A stretch of 64,000 bases of DNA. Source: Eledone cirrhosa (Eukaryota). The notes under the pieces are model-generated. The model did not search any database. It was given only the letters and a program-made list of their open reading frames with translations, and was not told the origin of the DNA. Below are positions 41,099-55,625 of this stretch, in pieces. The DNA is taken from positions 1,054,001-1,118,000 of the forward strand of contig OZ024756.1 of NCBI GenBank assembly GCA_964016885.1. Reading direction: 5' to 3'. Each line of letters opens with the position of its first letter. Position 1 is the stretch's first letter. Position numbers and translations under genes: made by a program.

Positions 41099-41163
<65 letters not shown>

Positions 41164-41181
41164 TATATATATATATATGTA

Positions 41182-41310
<129 letters not shown>

Positions 41311-41340
41311 TTATATATGTATGTATATATATATATATAT

Positions 41341-41848
41341 CATCACATCATCACTCGTCGACTACTGTCGAGATGATGGATCTCACTCTCATGCCCCAGA
41401 ATTCCCTGACACCCATCGCTGCCCCCAAGTCCTGTCTACTGATTCCCGTATCCCTAGAGATAACGTCAGGGAATGACAGCTTCCTACTCCTAGTCAGGCT
41501 CGAGTCAGGGTTCCAGAGCAAGAGAGCGGATATGATTTCATTGGTGGCACGGTGACAGGGGCCAGCAAATTGAGCTCTCCGGGATTTTAGAAGGGCAGAG
41601 GCAAATACTTGACCGACACCGACTTTGCTGACGACATCGCATTGATCAGTCGGTCACTGGAAAATGCTGAGAGTCTTTTGAAGTCATTAGAGCAAGCGTC
41701 CAACTGTGTACCTCAACGAATCCAAGACTGAGTATGTGAACAGATGCGCAAACATCCCAAACTACCCCATCAGAACCCTAACCCTAACCCTTAAGCAGGT
41801 GGAAGATTACAAGTATCTTGGCTCATATATCTTCTCCTCCAAAAAAGA
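41341..41848. mobile_element. Second RTE-type family fragment with internal inversion
   Basis: Minus 41341-41560: [22 protein letters not shown], then stop and a (TGA)n tail. Plus 41600-41848: [25 protein letters not shown]. Confidence 0.75.
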
Positions 41849-41922
41849 TATATATATATGTATGTGTATATATATGTATGTGTATATATATATATATGTA
41901 TGTGTGTATATATATATATATG

Positions 41923-41967
<45 letters not shown>

Positions 41968-42008
41968 ATATATATATATATGTATGTATATATATATATA
42001 TATATGTA

Positions 42009-42612
42009 TGTCAGGTCACCAGTTGGTGCTACTGGTAACATGTATCCCAGTACAACCTGTCTCATGGTCGGGTAGTTGGCGACTAAACTGGCAACCCCAC
42101 CAAGGTTTCTTGGTGAGGAGGGTGACTTTGGACATCCTGCAGGACTAAAAACAAAACCTGTCAAAGGGCAAAGGAGCTCTTAAGAGTCAATGGCCATCCA
42201 AAATCACTGGGAGAGATGACCCCTTAGCCTTTGTCAAGGCAGAATTCTAGGAGAAGGAAAACTCTGATATAACACCTGCAACCCTGATGGTATCCAATGA
42301 TGTTGACTTGTTCTTCTTTTTGGTAAATATCGTCTTGGTTAAGAGAGTGGGACTGGCTTTGTGCGGTGCCTTGGCTCACTATAAAAGCTTCACGGCACAG
42401 GCATTGCTTTATATCTGGAGATCTTTCTGCACTTGTCGTCACATGGTACCATGGGCCCAGCACTGTGTGTCAGTAATTGTCACAAGTTTGTACCAGAGTT
42501 TTCAAGTCGCTGGCTGGGGTAAAAAGTCACACTCGTTCAGCGCATCGGTAGGGGTTCTCCTACATGGATATAAAGTAGTGGCCGTACTCGAAAACGAGTT
42601 GGCAGCCACCAT
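42009..42612 (+). mobile_element. About 610-bp non-coding repeat (copy 3)
   Basis: Reverse complement of 28719-29330 with a small deletion. Confidence 0.65.
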
Positions 42613-42652
42613 ATATGCATGTATGTATATATATATATATATATGTATGTAT

Positions 42653-42983
42653 ATAACTTTGAATAACTTTGAAATGTTTTGGCCAGTATTGGCCCAGGCC
42701 ATGTCTAACTTAATAGCACCACCTGGCGAAGTCTTTCAATTCAGGATTTGGGCACCATGGCCCATTCGAGAAGAGAATTACTGTTTGCGGAGACATATCC
42801 GGGTGTGGGTGGTTTGTCCGGGATTACTTGGAGGAATTTGTCCAAAGACTTCTTGAATTTTGTGTGGTCAGTTTCTGTTTTGACGTGTCCTGGTGTGATG
42901 TTGAAGAGAGCAGGGCCGATTGAGGTGAAATAATTGTGCCGTATTGTTGTTATGAGTTGCGATTTAGATTTTTGAATGGGACG
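42653..42983 (-). mobile_element. CR1-clade LINE 3' end
   Basis: Matches 26815-27069 and extends further upstream ([25 protein letters not shown]). Confidence 0.85.
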
Positions 42984-42993
42984 GATATATATG

Positions 42994-43044
<51 letters not shown>

Positions 43045-43063
43045 GTATGTATATATACATATG

Positions 43064-43124
<61 letters not shown>

Positions 43125-43133
43125 ATATATATG

Positions 43134-43170
<37 letters not shown>

Positions 43171-43195
43171 GTGTATATATGTATATATATGTATG

Positions 43196-43226
<31 letters not shown>

Positions 43227-43352
43227 ATATATATGTATATATATATGTATGTATATATATATGTATATATATATGTATGTATATATATATGTATATATAT
43301 ATATGTATGTATATATATATATATATTATGTATATATATATATAGATGTATG

Positions 43353-43389
<37 letters not shown>

Positions 43390-43511
43390 GTATGTATATA
43401 TATATATATATGTATGTATATATATATATATATGTATGTATATATATATATATATGTATGTATATATATATATATGTATGTATATATATATATATGTACG
43501 ATATATATATG

Positions 43512-43615
<104 letters not shown>

Positions 43616-43946
43616 ACGTATGATTATAGTTGATAGTTAGTTTTCTCTTGTTTGTTTAGGTTTCTGTTTTTTTTTTATTTTTTAACCAAAATGATAAAAG
43701 ATAAATATTTTTTTTTCAACTTCAAAATACAAATTTTTTTTAATGTTACCAACTATTTTAAAATTTTTTTTTATAAAGAATTAATCGTGTGATTTCATAT
43801 TTTGAATAATTCTTGGCAGGTTTTTGTAAAATATCAACAAACTTTTGTTGTGTTTTTTCTTCTCAACACAACAAAAATAAATCCATTTAGAACCTCCCCC
43901 CTCACACACACGCACGTGCACACAAACGCACTCACACAGAGACACA

Positions 43947-43984
<38 letters not shown>

Positions 43985-44210
43985 TTAAGAAAAACAAAGG
44001 AATAAATTGAAAAGCATGTGTTTTCTGAATAAACAAAGACAAAACAAATGTTTTAATAAATATTACACAAAAGATGGAAATCTGTTAAAAATAAAGAAGT
44101 TGATTGTTGAATTGGTCTAAGTCGAGGAACGAGATTTGCAGAAAATGACTCAAATCTTTGGGCGTTGTGAATGTGAAACAATATAGGGCAAAAAATGTGA
44201 CATTTTGTTT

Positions 44211-44248
<38 letters not shown>

Positions 44249-44405
44249 ACAATGTATGTATGTATGTAGACTCCCGTGTTTTATCGGGGTGGGGTAACTG
44301 CATTTAAAAATGGTACTCATCACTTTGGTAAAATATAGGAATCTTTATCAGGAATGTATTAATGATTTCATACAAATGAAACAGTTCTAGACCTGTAGAT
44401 ATTAT

Positions 44406-44460
<55 letters not shown>

Positions 44461-44461
<1 letters not shown>

Positions 44462-45032
44462 CTAGGGCGGGTAAAATTCCCGAGATCCATGGACGAGTTC
44501 TCTCCAGTGGTCTCTGTCCCTCATTATCGCTGCCATGTCCTGCGTCTCCAACAGACCAGTGTCTGTCCTTAGGGCATCAACATACGTTAACCTTGGTCTT
44601 CCTGTTCCAGTGTGTCCATGTAGGGGCTCCAACAGGAGCACTGAGTGCAATGTCAACTCTGGATGTCGGTGAGCATGTCCAGCTAACCTCAGTCTCCTCT
44701 GTGTCACTTTTGAGCGGCCCCCATACAGCTCTGAGTTTTTCATTCTCAGTGTATACTGATTAATGTTCAGAGCCATCCTCAGCATTCTCGTGTAGCACCC
44801 ATCCACCATCTGAGTGAGTTTCTTGGTCAGTGTCCAAGTCTCAGACCCGTACAGCAGCACAGACTCCACTACAGCAATGAAGAGGCAGATTTTCAGGTCT
44901 TTACGAAGGTCCGACTTCCACACCGATCTCAAGCTGTGGCACGCCGCCCAGGCTTTGCTCTTCCTCTCAACCACATCATCTTCCGTATTCCCAATCTTTG
45001 CTCCCAAAATACAGGAAGTCCTCAACCAATTC
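44461..45032 (-). mobile_element. RTE-type LINE 3' fragment
   Basis: Same family as 8765-9330. A shorter copy follows at 45120-45291. Confidence 0.85.
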
Positions 45033-45047
45033 TATATGTATGTATAA

Positions 45048-45119
<72 letters not shown>

Positions 45120-45788
45120 CTATCTAAGGCGGGTAAAATTCACGAGATCCATGGACGAGTTCTCTCCAGCGGTCTCTGTCCCTCATTATCGCTGCCATAT
45201 CTTGTATCTCCAACAGACCAGTGTCTGTCCTTAGGGCATCAACATATGTTAACCTTGGTCTTCCTCTTCTAGTGTGTCCATGTAGGGGCTCACTATGCAT
45301 TTATTATACTCCCGTTTGCTAGAGTTACACTTTAGGCAGTATCTGACTGCTCTTTCTAGCAGCCAGCCTACCTACCACCTGGCCACCATTCACAACCTTC
45401 TACTTTGACCGTTAGCCACGTGATGATTCTTAGCCATTTTGAATTCATTTCTGGCGGCGATCACTAGAAATTTTAGTCCAAACCTAGTCGGGACTAGAGG
45501 AATTTTGGTAAGGTTTATATGATTTTTTTCTTCTAACTTATATTTAAGACTTAGCTCCGTTTAATTGATTATATGTCTAGTTAATTTTTACGGGCTAAGG
45601 AGGAAAGACTAGATAAATTTTATCTGACTGTTCCTCGCGGAAAATAGTCTGTATCATTTGTCTATTATTTCTTCCAAGTTACATTTTAAACTTATAGCCC
45701 CTTTTAAATGATTATTTATCTAGTTGATTTCTACGGACTAGGGAGAGGAAAGACTTTATATATTTTATCTAATAATTCTTCAAACTTG

Positions 45789-45913
<125 letters not shown>

Positions 45914-46208
45914 CAAAGGAGGTGTGGTAAGAAACCAGGTGGACCATAGCGCACCAGAGTACTCGATACTTAGGGTAGTACATCTACCTGTCGAAACGAC
46001 CGGAGCTCAGCTGTAGGGGCCCTGACTAATTTCTTGTATATATATATATATATATATATAATTGTTTCTACTTTTTGGCACAAGGCCAGTAATTAACCAG
46101 CGCATTACTGGTACTTTATTTTATCGACCCGTAAGGATGAAAGGCAAAGTTAACCTCGGCGGGATTATATATATATAATATATAATATATATATATATAA
46201 TATATAAT

Positions 46209-46288
<80 letters not shown>

Positions 46289-46603
46289 TATAAGTGGTAA
46301 CACAACAGTTAGTTCACTTCATGGAGTAATCCAGTTCGTTTAAATCCATTCTGACGTTGATGAGACACAAAGTAGTGTAGGACACGAGGATATAGAGAGC
46401 GCTCTCAGGGTAGAAAGTCAAACTCACACGTGGTGAAGAGAATCTGCTGACCGGTGCTGGAGACGTATATAGAGGTAGAACACTGGAAGGTAATATCCGT
46501 AGTAGTAGAGCACTCAGTCCATGGGACGAGTGTTGTGTTACCACTTCTACCTAACTCGTCCCATGGACTGAGTGCTCTACCACTACGGATATTACCTTCC
46601 AGT

Positions 46604-46708
<105 letters not shown>

Positions 46709-46752
46709 GTAAGTATGTTTGGAAACAGTGAGCAGGTTTGAAATTAGAAAAT

Positions 46753-46942
46753 AGAATAGCTTTCACCTTTGACTAAAGGAATTTTAGCCTGATAATGGGG
46801 TTTAGAACAATCAGATAAATGGAAAAAGATGAGTATTGACGTACATGTACGAAAATACTCATCTTTTTCCATTTATCTGAGGGTTCTAAACCCCATTATC
46901 AGGCTAAAATTCCGTTAGTCAAAAATACGGTGAAAGCTATTA
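46753..46942. repeat. Fold-back inverted repeat, followed by a second one at about 46948-47066
   Basis: gactaa.ggaattttagcctgataatggggtttagaac..tcagataaatggaaaaagatgagtatt and its reverse complement. Confidence 0.85.
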
Positions 46943-47059
46943 TATATATAATAGTTTTAATATACTGTGGTTACCTCCGATTCAACTTATATATATATAT
47001 ATATATATATATATAAGTTATTCCGGGTTGAATCAGAGGTAACCACAGTATATTAAAAC

Positions 47060-47095
<36 letters not shown>

Positions 47096-47441
47096 TAAAA
47101 TAACAGATTAAAGTTTAATCAAAGAATCGCTGCTTTCACCCTTAACGGGATCTTCTGAAACTAAAAAAGTCAATCTGTTAATGCAGAAGTAAATATTAAA
47201 AAAAATTTGCAACCGGAGGAAGACAGGAAGACGATTCTTTGGTTCGTGGAAACGTTCCCTGGCAAAGAACGGAAATATATATATATATATATATAAATGG
47301 CTTCTACATGACTAGTACTGTTTCATTCAAAGGAATATATATATATATATATGTGTGTATGTCTGTGTGTGTGTGTGCGTCTGTGTGTGTGTGTATATCT
47401 GTCTGTAATAGATTAACATTTACACACACAAACATATACAT

Positions 47442-47635
47442 ATAATTGTTTCTACTTTTTGGCACAAGGCCAGCAATTATCCCAGTGTATTACCGGTACT
47501 TTATTTTATCGACCCCGTAAGGATGAAAGGTAAAGTTAACCTCGGCGGGATTTGAACTCAGAATGGCAAGGGCCGTAACTCTATGCGTCAAAGCATGGCA
47601 TCCGACCCTCGACCGATACTGCCAATTCACCGCCA
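47442..47635 (-). mobile_element. tRNA-derived SINE, apparently full length
   Basis: Minus strand starts ggcggtgaattggcagtatcgg and has B box gttcaaatcc and the family core. Confidence 0.8.
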
Positions 47636-47996
47636 TATGCATATACATATAATATATTTTCTATATCAGTGATGTTGCTAGAATAAGAAGTTGGGTATTT
47701 AATCAGAAGATCCTGGGACCTAACCTTACATCCCAGTAAATAGTTATTTCTATAAAGTTAGTCATACACTTCATCTTGTACACTCTTACATTGCGGCCGA
47801 ACATTTATGTAATTATATCTACAAGGAAATAATTAATTTTTTCTTATCTTTAACCACTCCTACGTGTCAGTAAACAACATAAACAGACACACACAGACAC
47901 ACACACGAACATACACACAGACACACACACGGACACACACACACACAGACACAGGCACATACTAACATACACACACATAGACACAGGCACACATTA

Positions 47997-48066
<70 letters not shown>

Positions 48067-48222
48067 GTATATATACCCATATATATATACCCATATATAT
48101 ATATATATATACATATCTATATACCCATATCTATATATATACATATATATATACCCATACGTATATATATATATATTTACAGATATATATATATATACAT
48201 ATACATACATATATATATATAT

Positions 48223-48292
<70 letters not shown>

Positions 48293-48482
48293 TATATATA
48301 CATATACATACATATATATATATACATATATATATACATATACATACATATTTATATATATATATATATATACATATACATTTATATATATATATATCTA
48401 TATATCTATATATATACATATACATATATATATACATATACATACATATATATATATACATATATATATACATATACATACA

Positions 48483-48552
<70 letters not shown>

Positions 48553-48597
48553 CATATATATATATATATATATACATACATATATATATATATATAT

Positions 48598-48670
<73 letters not shown>

Positions 48671-48688
48671 TATTTTCACGCACATATA

Positions 48689-48762
<74 letters not shown>

Positions 48763-48773
48763 TATATATATAT

Positions 48774-48834
<61 letters not shown>

Positions 48835-49130
48835 TATATATATATATTATATATATACATATATATATATACATATACATACATATATATATATATATAC
48901 ATATATTTATATATATATATATATTAATAATAAAAAATTTGAAGACTAAAATCCAAAGACGGCTCGATAAGGATAAATATAAATAAGAACTGTAGAGCAA
49001 ATATTTATTAAAATAACAGATTAAAGTTTAACCAAAGAATCACTGCTTTCACCCTTAACGGGATCTTAAGGGTGAAAGCAGCAATTCTTTGCTTAAACAT
49101 TAATCTGTTATTTTAATAAATATATATAGG

Positions 49131-49202
<72 letters not shown>

Positions 49203-49454
49203 TATAAACGGAAAAAATGAAACGAAATTTCATTTCCCACTCTTAGTACGGCTGTTACTTAAATATAAGTATGTATACAGACGTACAGTAGTATATATAT
49301 ATATATACATACATGCACATATATATATATATGTACGTATGGATTCACCGAACATTTATTATAATACTCGGTGTGTTTGTAAACAAACATCCCGAATTAA
49401 GCCGTTCAGTGTCTAGCAACCATCGTTGCTCATTTGTTCAACACTGACAAAGGA

Positions 49455-49497
49455 ACGCTGTACTAGTTTCAAGCTTATTAGCTATCATCAGCAACGT
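49455..49497 (-). ncRNA. Minimal hammerhead ribozyme motif
   Basis: acgttg-CTGATGA-tagc taataa gctt-GAAA-ctag-TA-cagcgt. Confidence 0.75.
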
Positions 49498-49823
49498 ATA
49501 CCTTCCTGTCAGATGATTGAACGTCTGAAAGTATATACTTTCTTTATGCATATTAACGGCTGAGCAGCCTAATTTGCATATCGAGTGAGTTAATCGGCCG
49601 GGCGCACCGAGAACGATAAACGGAAAAAATGAAACGAAACTTCATTTCTCACTCTTAGTACGGCTGTCACTTAAATATAAGTATGTATACGTACATACAT
49701 ATATGTATACAGACTTACAATGTTCGGTGAATCCATACGTACATATATATATGTGTGCATGTATGTATATATATATACATACTACTGTACGTCTGTATAC
49801 ATATATCCATGTACGTATACATA

Positions 49824-49904
<81 letters not shown>

Positions 49905-50140
49905 AGTATACGTACATACATATATGTATATATATATATATATGTGTGTGTGTATAAAGATTAAACCAGTATTAAACATGTCAGAACATTATTCTGTAGA
50001 GTACTCGATACTTAGGATAGTAGAGTGTGACTATATTTAGAAAGAGTCGCTGCCTGACGCTCTGGAAGTAGCTGTCGAAACGGTAAGAACTCGGCCGTCG
50101 AATCCCGACTCCTCTTTAATATATATATATATATAAATAA

Positions 50141-50567
50141 TAATTGTTTCTACTTTTGGCACAAGGCCAGTAATTACCCAGTACATTACTGGTACTTTAT
50201 TTTATCGATCCCGTAAGGATGAAAGGCAAAGTTAACCTCGGCGGGATTTCAACTCAGAATGGCAAGGGCTGTAACACTATGCGTCAAAGTATGGCGTCCG
50301 ACGCTAATAATTGTTTCTACTTTAGGCACAAGGCCAGCATATACCCAGTGCATTACTGGTACTTTATTTTATCGACCCCGTAAGGATGAAGGCAAAGTTA
50401 ACCTCGGCGGGATTTAAACTCAGAATGGCAAGGGCCGTAACACTATGCGTCAAAGTATGGCGTCCGACGCTAATAATTGTTTCTACTTTAGGCACAAGGC
50501 CAGCATAAACCCAGTGCATTACTGGTACTTTATTTTATCGACCCCGTAAGGATGAAAGGCAAAGTCA
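50141..50567 (-). mobile_element. Head-to-tail array of about 2.6 SINE copies (period about 167)
   Basis: Units start at 50141, 50308 and 50474. Confidence 0.8.
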
Positions 50568-50706
50568 ATATGAAGACTAAAATCCGAAGAGGGCTCGATA
50601 AGGATAATATATATATAAAAATATATGAAAACCGTTAAGGGTGAAAGCAGCGATTCTTTGCTTAAACTTTAATCTGTTATTTTAATATATATATTTATAT
50701 ATATGT

Positions 50707-50935
50707 GAAGGCGTGTGGCTGAGTGGTTAGAGAATTGGATTCACAATCTTGAGGTTGTGAGAGCGATTCCTGGACCGGGCGATGCGTTATGTCCTTGAGC
50801 AAGACACTTTATTTCACGTTGATCCTTCTACCTGGAGTTGTGACTGACAGATAGTATTAGCAATCGGGAAAGACCGACGAAAACATTGGTTCCTCGGTCC
50901 GATTTGACGAACGTCGATCGCTAAAAAAAAAAAAA
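50707..50935 (+). mobile_element. Second tRNA-derived SINE family (CORE-like)
   Basis: A box tggctgagtgg, B-box-like gcgattcc, tgtccttgagcaagacactt, and an A tail at 50923. Confidence 0.6.
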
Positions 50936-50942
50936 TATTTAT

Positions 50943-51076
50943 ATAGTGAAAGAATGAACAATAACATGGTCGGCTGTACAACAAGGGGCTTTATTTCAGG
51001 TATTAACAATTGTTAATACTTGAAATAAAGCCCCTTGTTGTGCAGCCAACCATGTTATTCTTCATTCTTTCACTAT
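50943..51076. repeat. Nearly loop-less 134-bp palindrome
   Basis: Centred on ttaacaattgttaa; the arms differ at a few positions. Confidence 0.85.
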
Positions 51077-51239
51077 TATTACTCCAAGTATAACCTGCAT
51101 AGGAATTCTCGCGAACTCGCTGCCTAACTAAGGACAGATCTTGTTGAGTCAAACAAAGCCGTACATTAAAACTATCCCCAATACAGAGAACTCACAACCT
51201 CTAACTGGATTACCTATAACGATAACTTGTTATCCCCCC

Positions 51240-51279
<40 letters not shown>

Positions 51280-51280
51280 A

Positions 51281-51335
<55 letters not shown>

Positions 51336-51821
51336 TGTGTTTGCTAGTGTATATATATTTATCAATGTGCCTGATTTCATTCATACTATATCATAATCAC
51401 TATTTTATTCTGAAAATAGTCTTCTCTATTAATACTTCTTAAGATATAATTTTCTTAGTCACTAAACCTTCATTTTATTATAGATATATTTATTACTATT
51501 GAATGCTTCCATAGATTTTTATTGATTTTTCTTAGTATGTTCTATTATAATTTCATGTTATAACTTTAATTAATAAGTGTATTTGAACATATATACCCCT
51601 AACTCTAATTTAGTGACTATTATATGTGTATCAGTGTATGATAGTTCGTAAAATAGCTATAGTTACTGAACGTTATATTTTACAACTTATCAATGATAAG
51701 TTTTTATTACGTCTTTAGGCTTCCATGAATTTTAACGTTTGCCTAACAATATTTAAATGCTATTATTTATATTTTTCGATCTTCAACCGAATTCATTGGC
51801 ATGTAAGTTAGCATTTAATCT

Positions 51822-51886
51822 ATTCTGATGAGCTTATCATAACAGGAATAGAATATTCTCGTTAGTCTAACGAAACGGTCGTAAAT
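51822..51886 (+). ncRNA. Hammerhead-like motif
   Basis: att-CTGATGA-[40 nt irregular stem II]-GAAA-cggtcg-TA-aat. Confidence 0.5.
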
Positions 51887-51920
51887 CAATCAAATGATTT
51901 AATTTAAAATCCATGTTAAG

Positions 51921-52032
<112 letters not shown>

Positions 52033-52220
52033 TATTGGTGCTCTGAAATAGCGATGTATACATGAATGTATGTATAGTATATTTGGCAATATACTGTATG
52101 TTTAATTAAAAACATTTAGAAGCCCATTCACTATTAGTTTTAAAGTAGTGACCTGGCACTAACTTATTCTCAGCAAAAACAACAGAGAGCGGCCGACAGA
52201 CCGCAAAGGCAACTGGGTGT

Positions 52221-52270
52221 GTGGTCTTGATAAAGACTCACAAGTGAGAAACAGACGGTCTGTCGGCCGC
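52221..52270 (+). ncRNA. Hammerhead-like motif (U3-A8) inside fold-back 52075-52385
   Basis: gtggtc-TTGATAA-agactcacaagtga-GAAA-cagacggtctg-TC-ggccgc. Confidence 0.45.
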
Positions 52271-52401
52271 TCTCTGTTGGTTTTGCTGAGAATAATTAAG
52301 TGGCATATTCATTACATTAAAACTCATAGCGATTGGTCTTCTAAATGTTTTTAATTAAACATACAGTATATTGCCAAATATACTATACATATATACTATT
52401 C

Positions 52402-52435
<34 letters not shown>

Positions 52436-52813
52436 TTATATTTATATATATATTTATATATATATATTTATATTTATATATATATATTTATATATATATT
52501 TATATATATATATTTATATATATATATTTATATTTATATATATATATTTATATATATATTTATATATATATATTTATATATATATATTTATATTTATATA
52601 TATATATTTATATATATATTTATATATATATATTTATATATAATATATAAGAACAATATAATATATAAGTCCTACAAACTGTAGAGTGCTTCTTATCCGA
52701 TATCTGCATTGCTTTATTGTACTACAATAAAACTCACCTCCTACATATATTTATATATATATATTTATATTTATATATATATATTTATATATATATATAT
52801 TTATATATATATT

Positions 52814-52844
<31 letters not shown>

Positions 52845-52986
52845 ATTTATACATGTAAAGTTATATTTAAAATTGTTGGGTTACAACTAGTAAATATTTA
52901 TAACTGATATAAAAGCACTCGACAAATACTTGGAGTATATTTACAATATTAAATAAATGGAAAACTATATTTATAAAACCATATTT

Positions 52987-53050
52987 ATTTCATTATATAT
53001 ATTTCGGGGATATCATATTAACAATATGCTATGCCTTCATCAGACAAAAT
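52987..53050 (-). ncRNA. Hammerhead motif family F
   Basis: attttgt-CTGATGA-aggcatagcatattgttaatatgatatcccc-GAAA-tatata-TA-atgaaat. Confidence 0.7.
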
Positions 53051-53234
53051 ACAATATAAATATTGTTATATATATTTATAAATATATTTATATATATTTA
53101 TTCATATATATATATATTTATATATATATTTATATATTTATAAATATATTTATATATATTTATTCATATATATATATATTTATATATATATTTATATATA
53201 TATATTTATATATATATTTATATATATATATATT

Positions 53235-53265
<31 letters not shown>

Positions 53266-53865
53266 ATTTATATATATATATATTTATATATATATTTATA
53301 TATATATATATATATATTCATATATATATTTATATATATATATATTTATATATATATATATTTATATATATATATAGACATGTGTTGGAAAATAAAAGTT
53401 AAAGACACGTGGTGGAAAGATGTGAAAAGATATATCGACAACTGTAACTTTACTCAGAATTTTCCAGTTCTTCAACAGAAAACTATTGAATTTCCTCTCC
53501 CTTTCTCTCTCTCTCTCTCTCCATTCACCCCTCTCTCTTTCTCTCTCTCTCTCCATCCACCCTCTCTCTTGTTCTCTCTCTCTCCATCCACCCTCTCCCT
53601 TTCTCTCTCTCTCTATCCACCCCCCTCTCTCTCTCTCCACCCCTCTCTCTATCCCCCCTCACTCTCTCCATCCACCCCTCACAGACTGCTAAACATGTAA
53701 CAATAGATGTCAGCTGTCATAACCGCCACAGTGTCAGCTGCCGTCAGCCAATACAACGGCCTAGAAGTATTCTAGAACAATCTAACAATGACACAGAACC
53801 ATCTATTTCTCCCAGAATATAGTTTGGGGAACATACATATATATAAATACATATATACACATGTG

Positions 53866-53902
<37 letters not shown>

Positions 53903-53923
53903 TATATTTATAAAACCATAATT

Positions 53924-53986
53924 ATTTTATTATATATATTTCAAGGGCAACCAAGGCAGTCTTGGTGCGCTTTCATCAGATAAAAT
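53924..53986 (-). ncRNA. Hammerhead motif family F (divergent stem II)
   Basis: attttat-CTGATGA-aagcgcaccaag actgc cttggttgccctt-GAAA-tatata-TA-ataaaat. Confidence 0.8.
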
Positions 53987-54436
53987 ACAAAATTTGTTTT
54001 ATAAATAGTGACATAGCCATGGAAAACAACCTTGATAGTTGAAAAAATTTACTCCAGGATCTGTTGAGTGCTCTATATCAGTTATAAACCTTTAAGTTTG
54101 TTGGAATCCCAACAAATTAAATATAACTTCTGCATATATATATATATATATATATATATCTATCTCTATCTAAGGCGGGTAAAATTCCCGAGATCCATAT
54201 ATATATATACATACACACTATGTGTTTCTTAAACACTATGTGACTCTTTCTATCTCCACCTCTTTCTCTTTCTTTCTCTCTCTCGCTTACCCCCCCTCTC
54301 TCTTTCTCTCTAAATATATCTTTTGAATTTGAATTATTGATGCTCTGAACTAAGATCCATTGGGTTTATTTAAAGAGAAACATGGTAATCTCAGATATAT
54401 ATAACTTGATAACTTAGCGTTGGCTGTGCATATATG

Positions 54437-54689
54437 TCTAGGGCGGGTAATATTCCCGAGATCCATGGGTGAGTTCTCTCCAGCGGTCTGTGTCCCTCAT
54501 TATCGCTGCCATGTCCTGCGTCTCCCAGAGACCAGTGTCTGTCCCTAGGGCATCAACATATGTTAACCCCGGTCTTCCTCTTCCAGTGTGTCCATGCAGG
54601 GACTCTCACAGGAGCACTGAGTGCAATGTCAACTCTGGATGTCGGTGAGCATGTCCAGCTAACCTCAGTCTCCTCTGTGTCACTTTTGA
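54437..54689 (-). mobile_element. RTE-type LINE 3' fragment
   Basis: Same family as 44461-45032. A 35-bp terminal remnant is also present at 54165-54198. Confidence 0.8.
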
Positions 54690-54703
54690 GAGAGAGAGAG
54701 AGA

Positions 54704-54746
<43 letters not shown>

Positions 54747-55538
54747 CGAAAACGCAGGTAAGCATTAAGAGAAGGATTTTATCCAGGTATTTACGACCGT
54801 TTCATTGGTAAGTGCAACCTTATATTGCTATACTGCAATTAGCAGCCACTCAATGATAATTGTTGTTCACGTCCAAATTTTCAAAATAGTGAGTAAGTTA
54901 CTCTTGAAATAGTTTTTAATATATAGAGAAAAACATTATACACATATATATATATACCTCACACACACAAATGCGCGCACACCCGAGTCTGGTTGCTATA
55001 TATATACAGAATTATAGAGAGACGTTGTTAGAGAAACATATCTGTATATATAACAACCAGGCTCGTGGGTGCGCGCATTTGTGTGTTATTGTGTGTGAGG
55101 TTTGACATGATCCTAAAGGGGACTTGACTGACCGCTGGGTACCATCGACACCCCCTCGGTGATTTGACTGTCATTTTCCTTCCAGAAAATCAGGAGGAAT
55201 CAATTCCGCCTGAAGAAGGAAACACGTGAGGTGGACTGGCTGATGTAGTGGGTCTGACTGGCTGTTCTCCATGGCAATGATTTCGCCATTTTGTCCGCGA
55301 GGTACAGCTGGGATACACCCGCTTGTCAAGCGAATAACCCCCCCCCCACTATTTTTCAATACCTATCCCCCTCGTTTTTCTCTCTCTTTATTTTCTTTCC
55401 TTGTTTATTATTTTAGTCCATTTTTTTTTCAAGAAAAAAGAAATATTTCATCTTTGTTTTCTTGTGTTTAACAACCAGACAACTATCCCGTCACATTCAG
55501 ATATAATGTGAATACAATATCTTATAGAAACACAATCT

Positions 55539-55625
<87 letters not shown>

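Noticed and set aside
41774-41792. (CCCTAA)n telomere-like repeat
   Set aside because: Only about three units, inside an RTE fragment.
50707-50785. tRNA gene
   Set aside because: The B box is degenerate and the sequence continues into a SINE core and A tail.
54785-54915. HHR-like GAAA-cggtcg-TA on the minus strand
   Set aside because: No acceptable CUGANGA-type core was found at the matching position.
55140-55340. GC-richer stretch as a possible host exon
   Set aside because: No recognisable domain in the frames examined and no supporting neighbouring exons. It remains unassigned.
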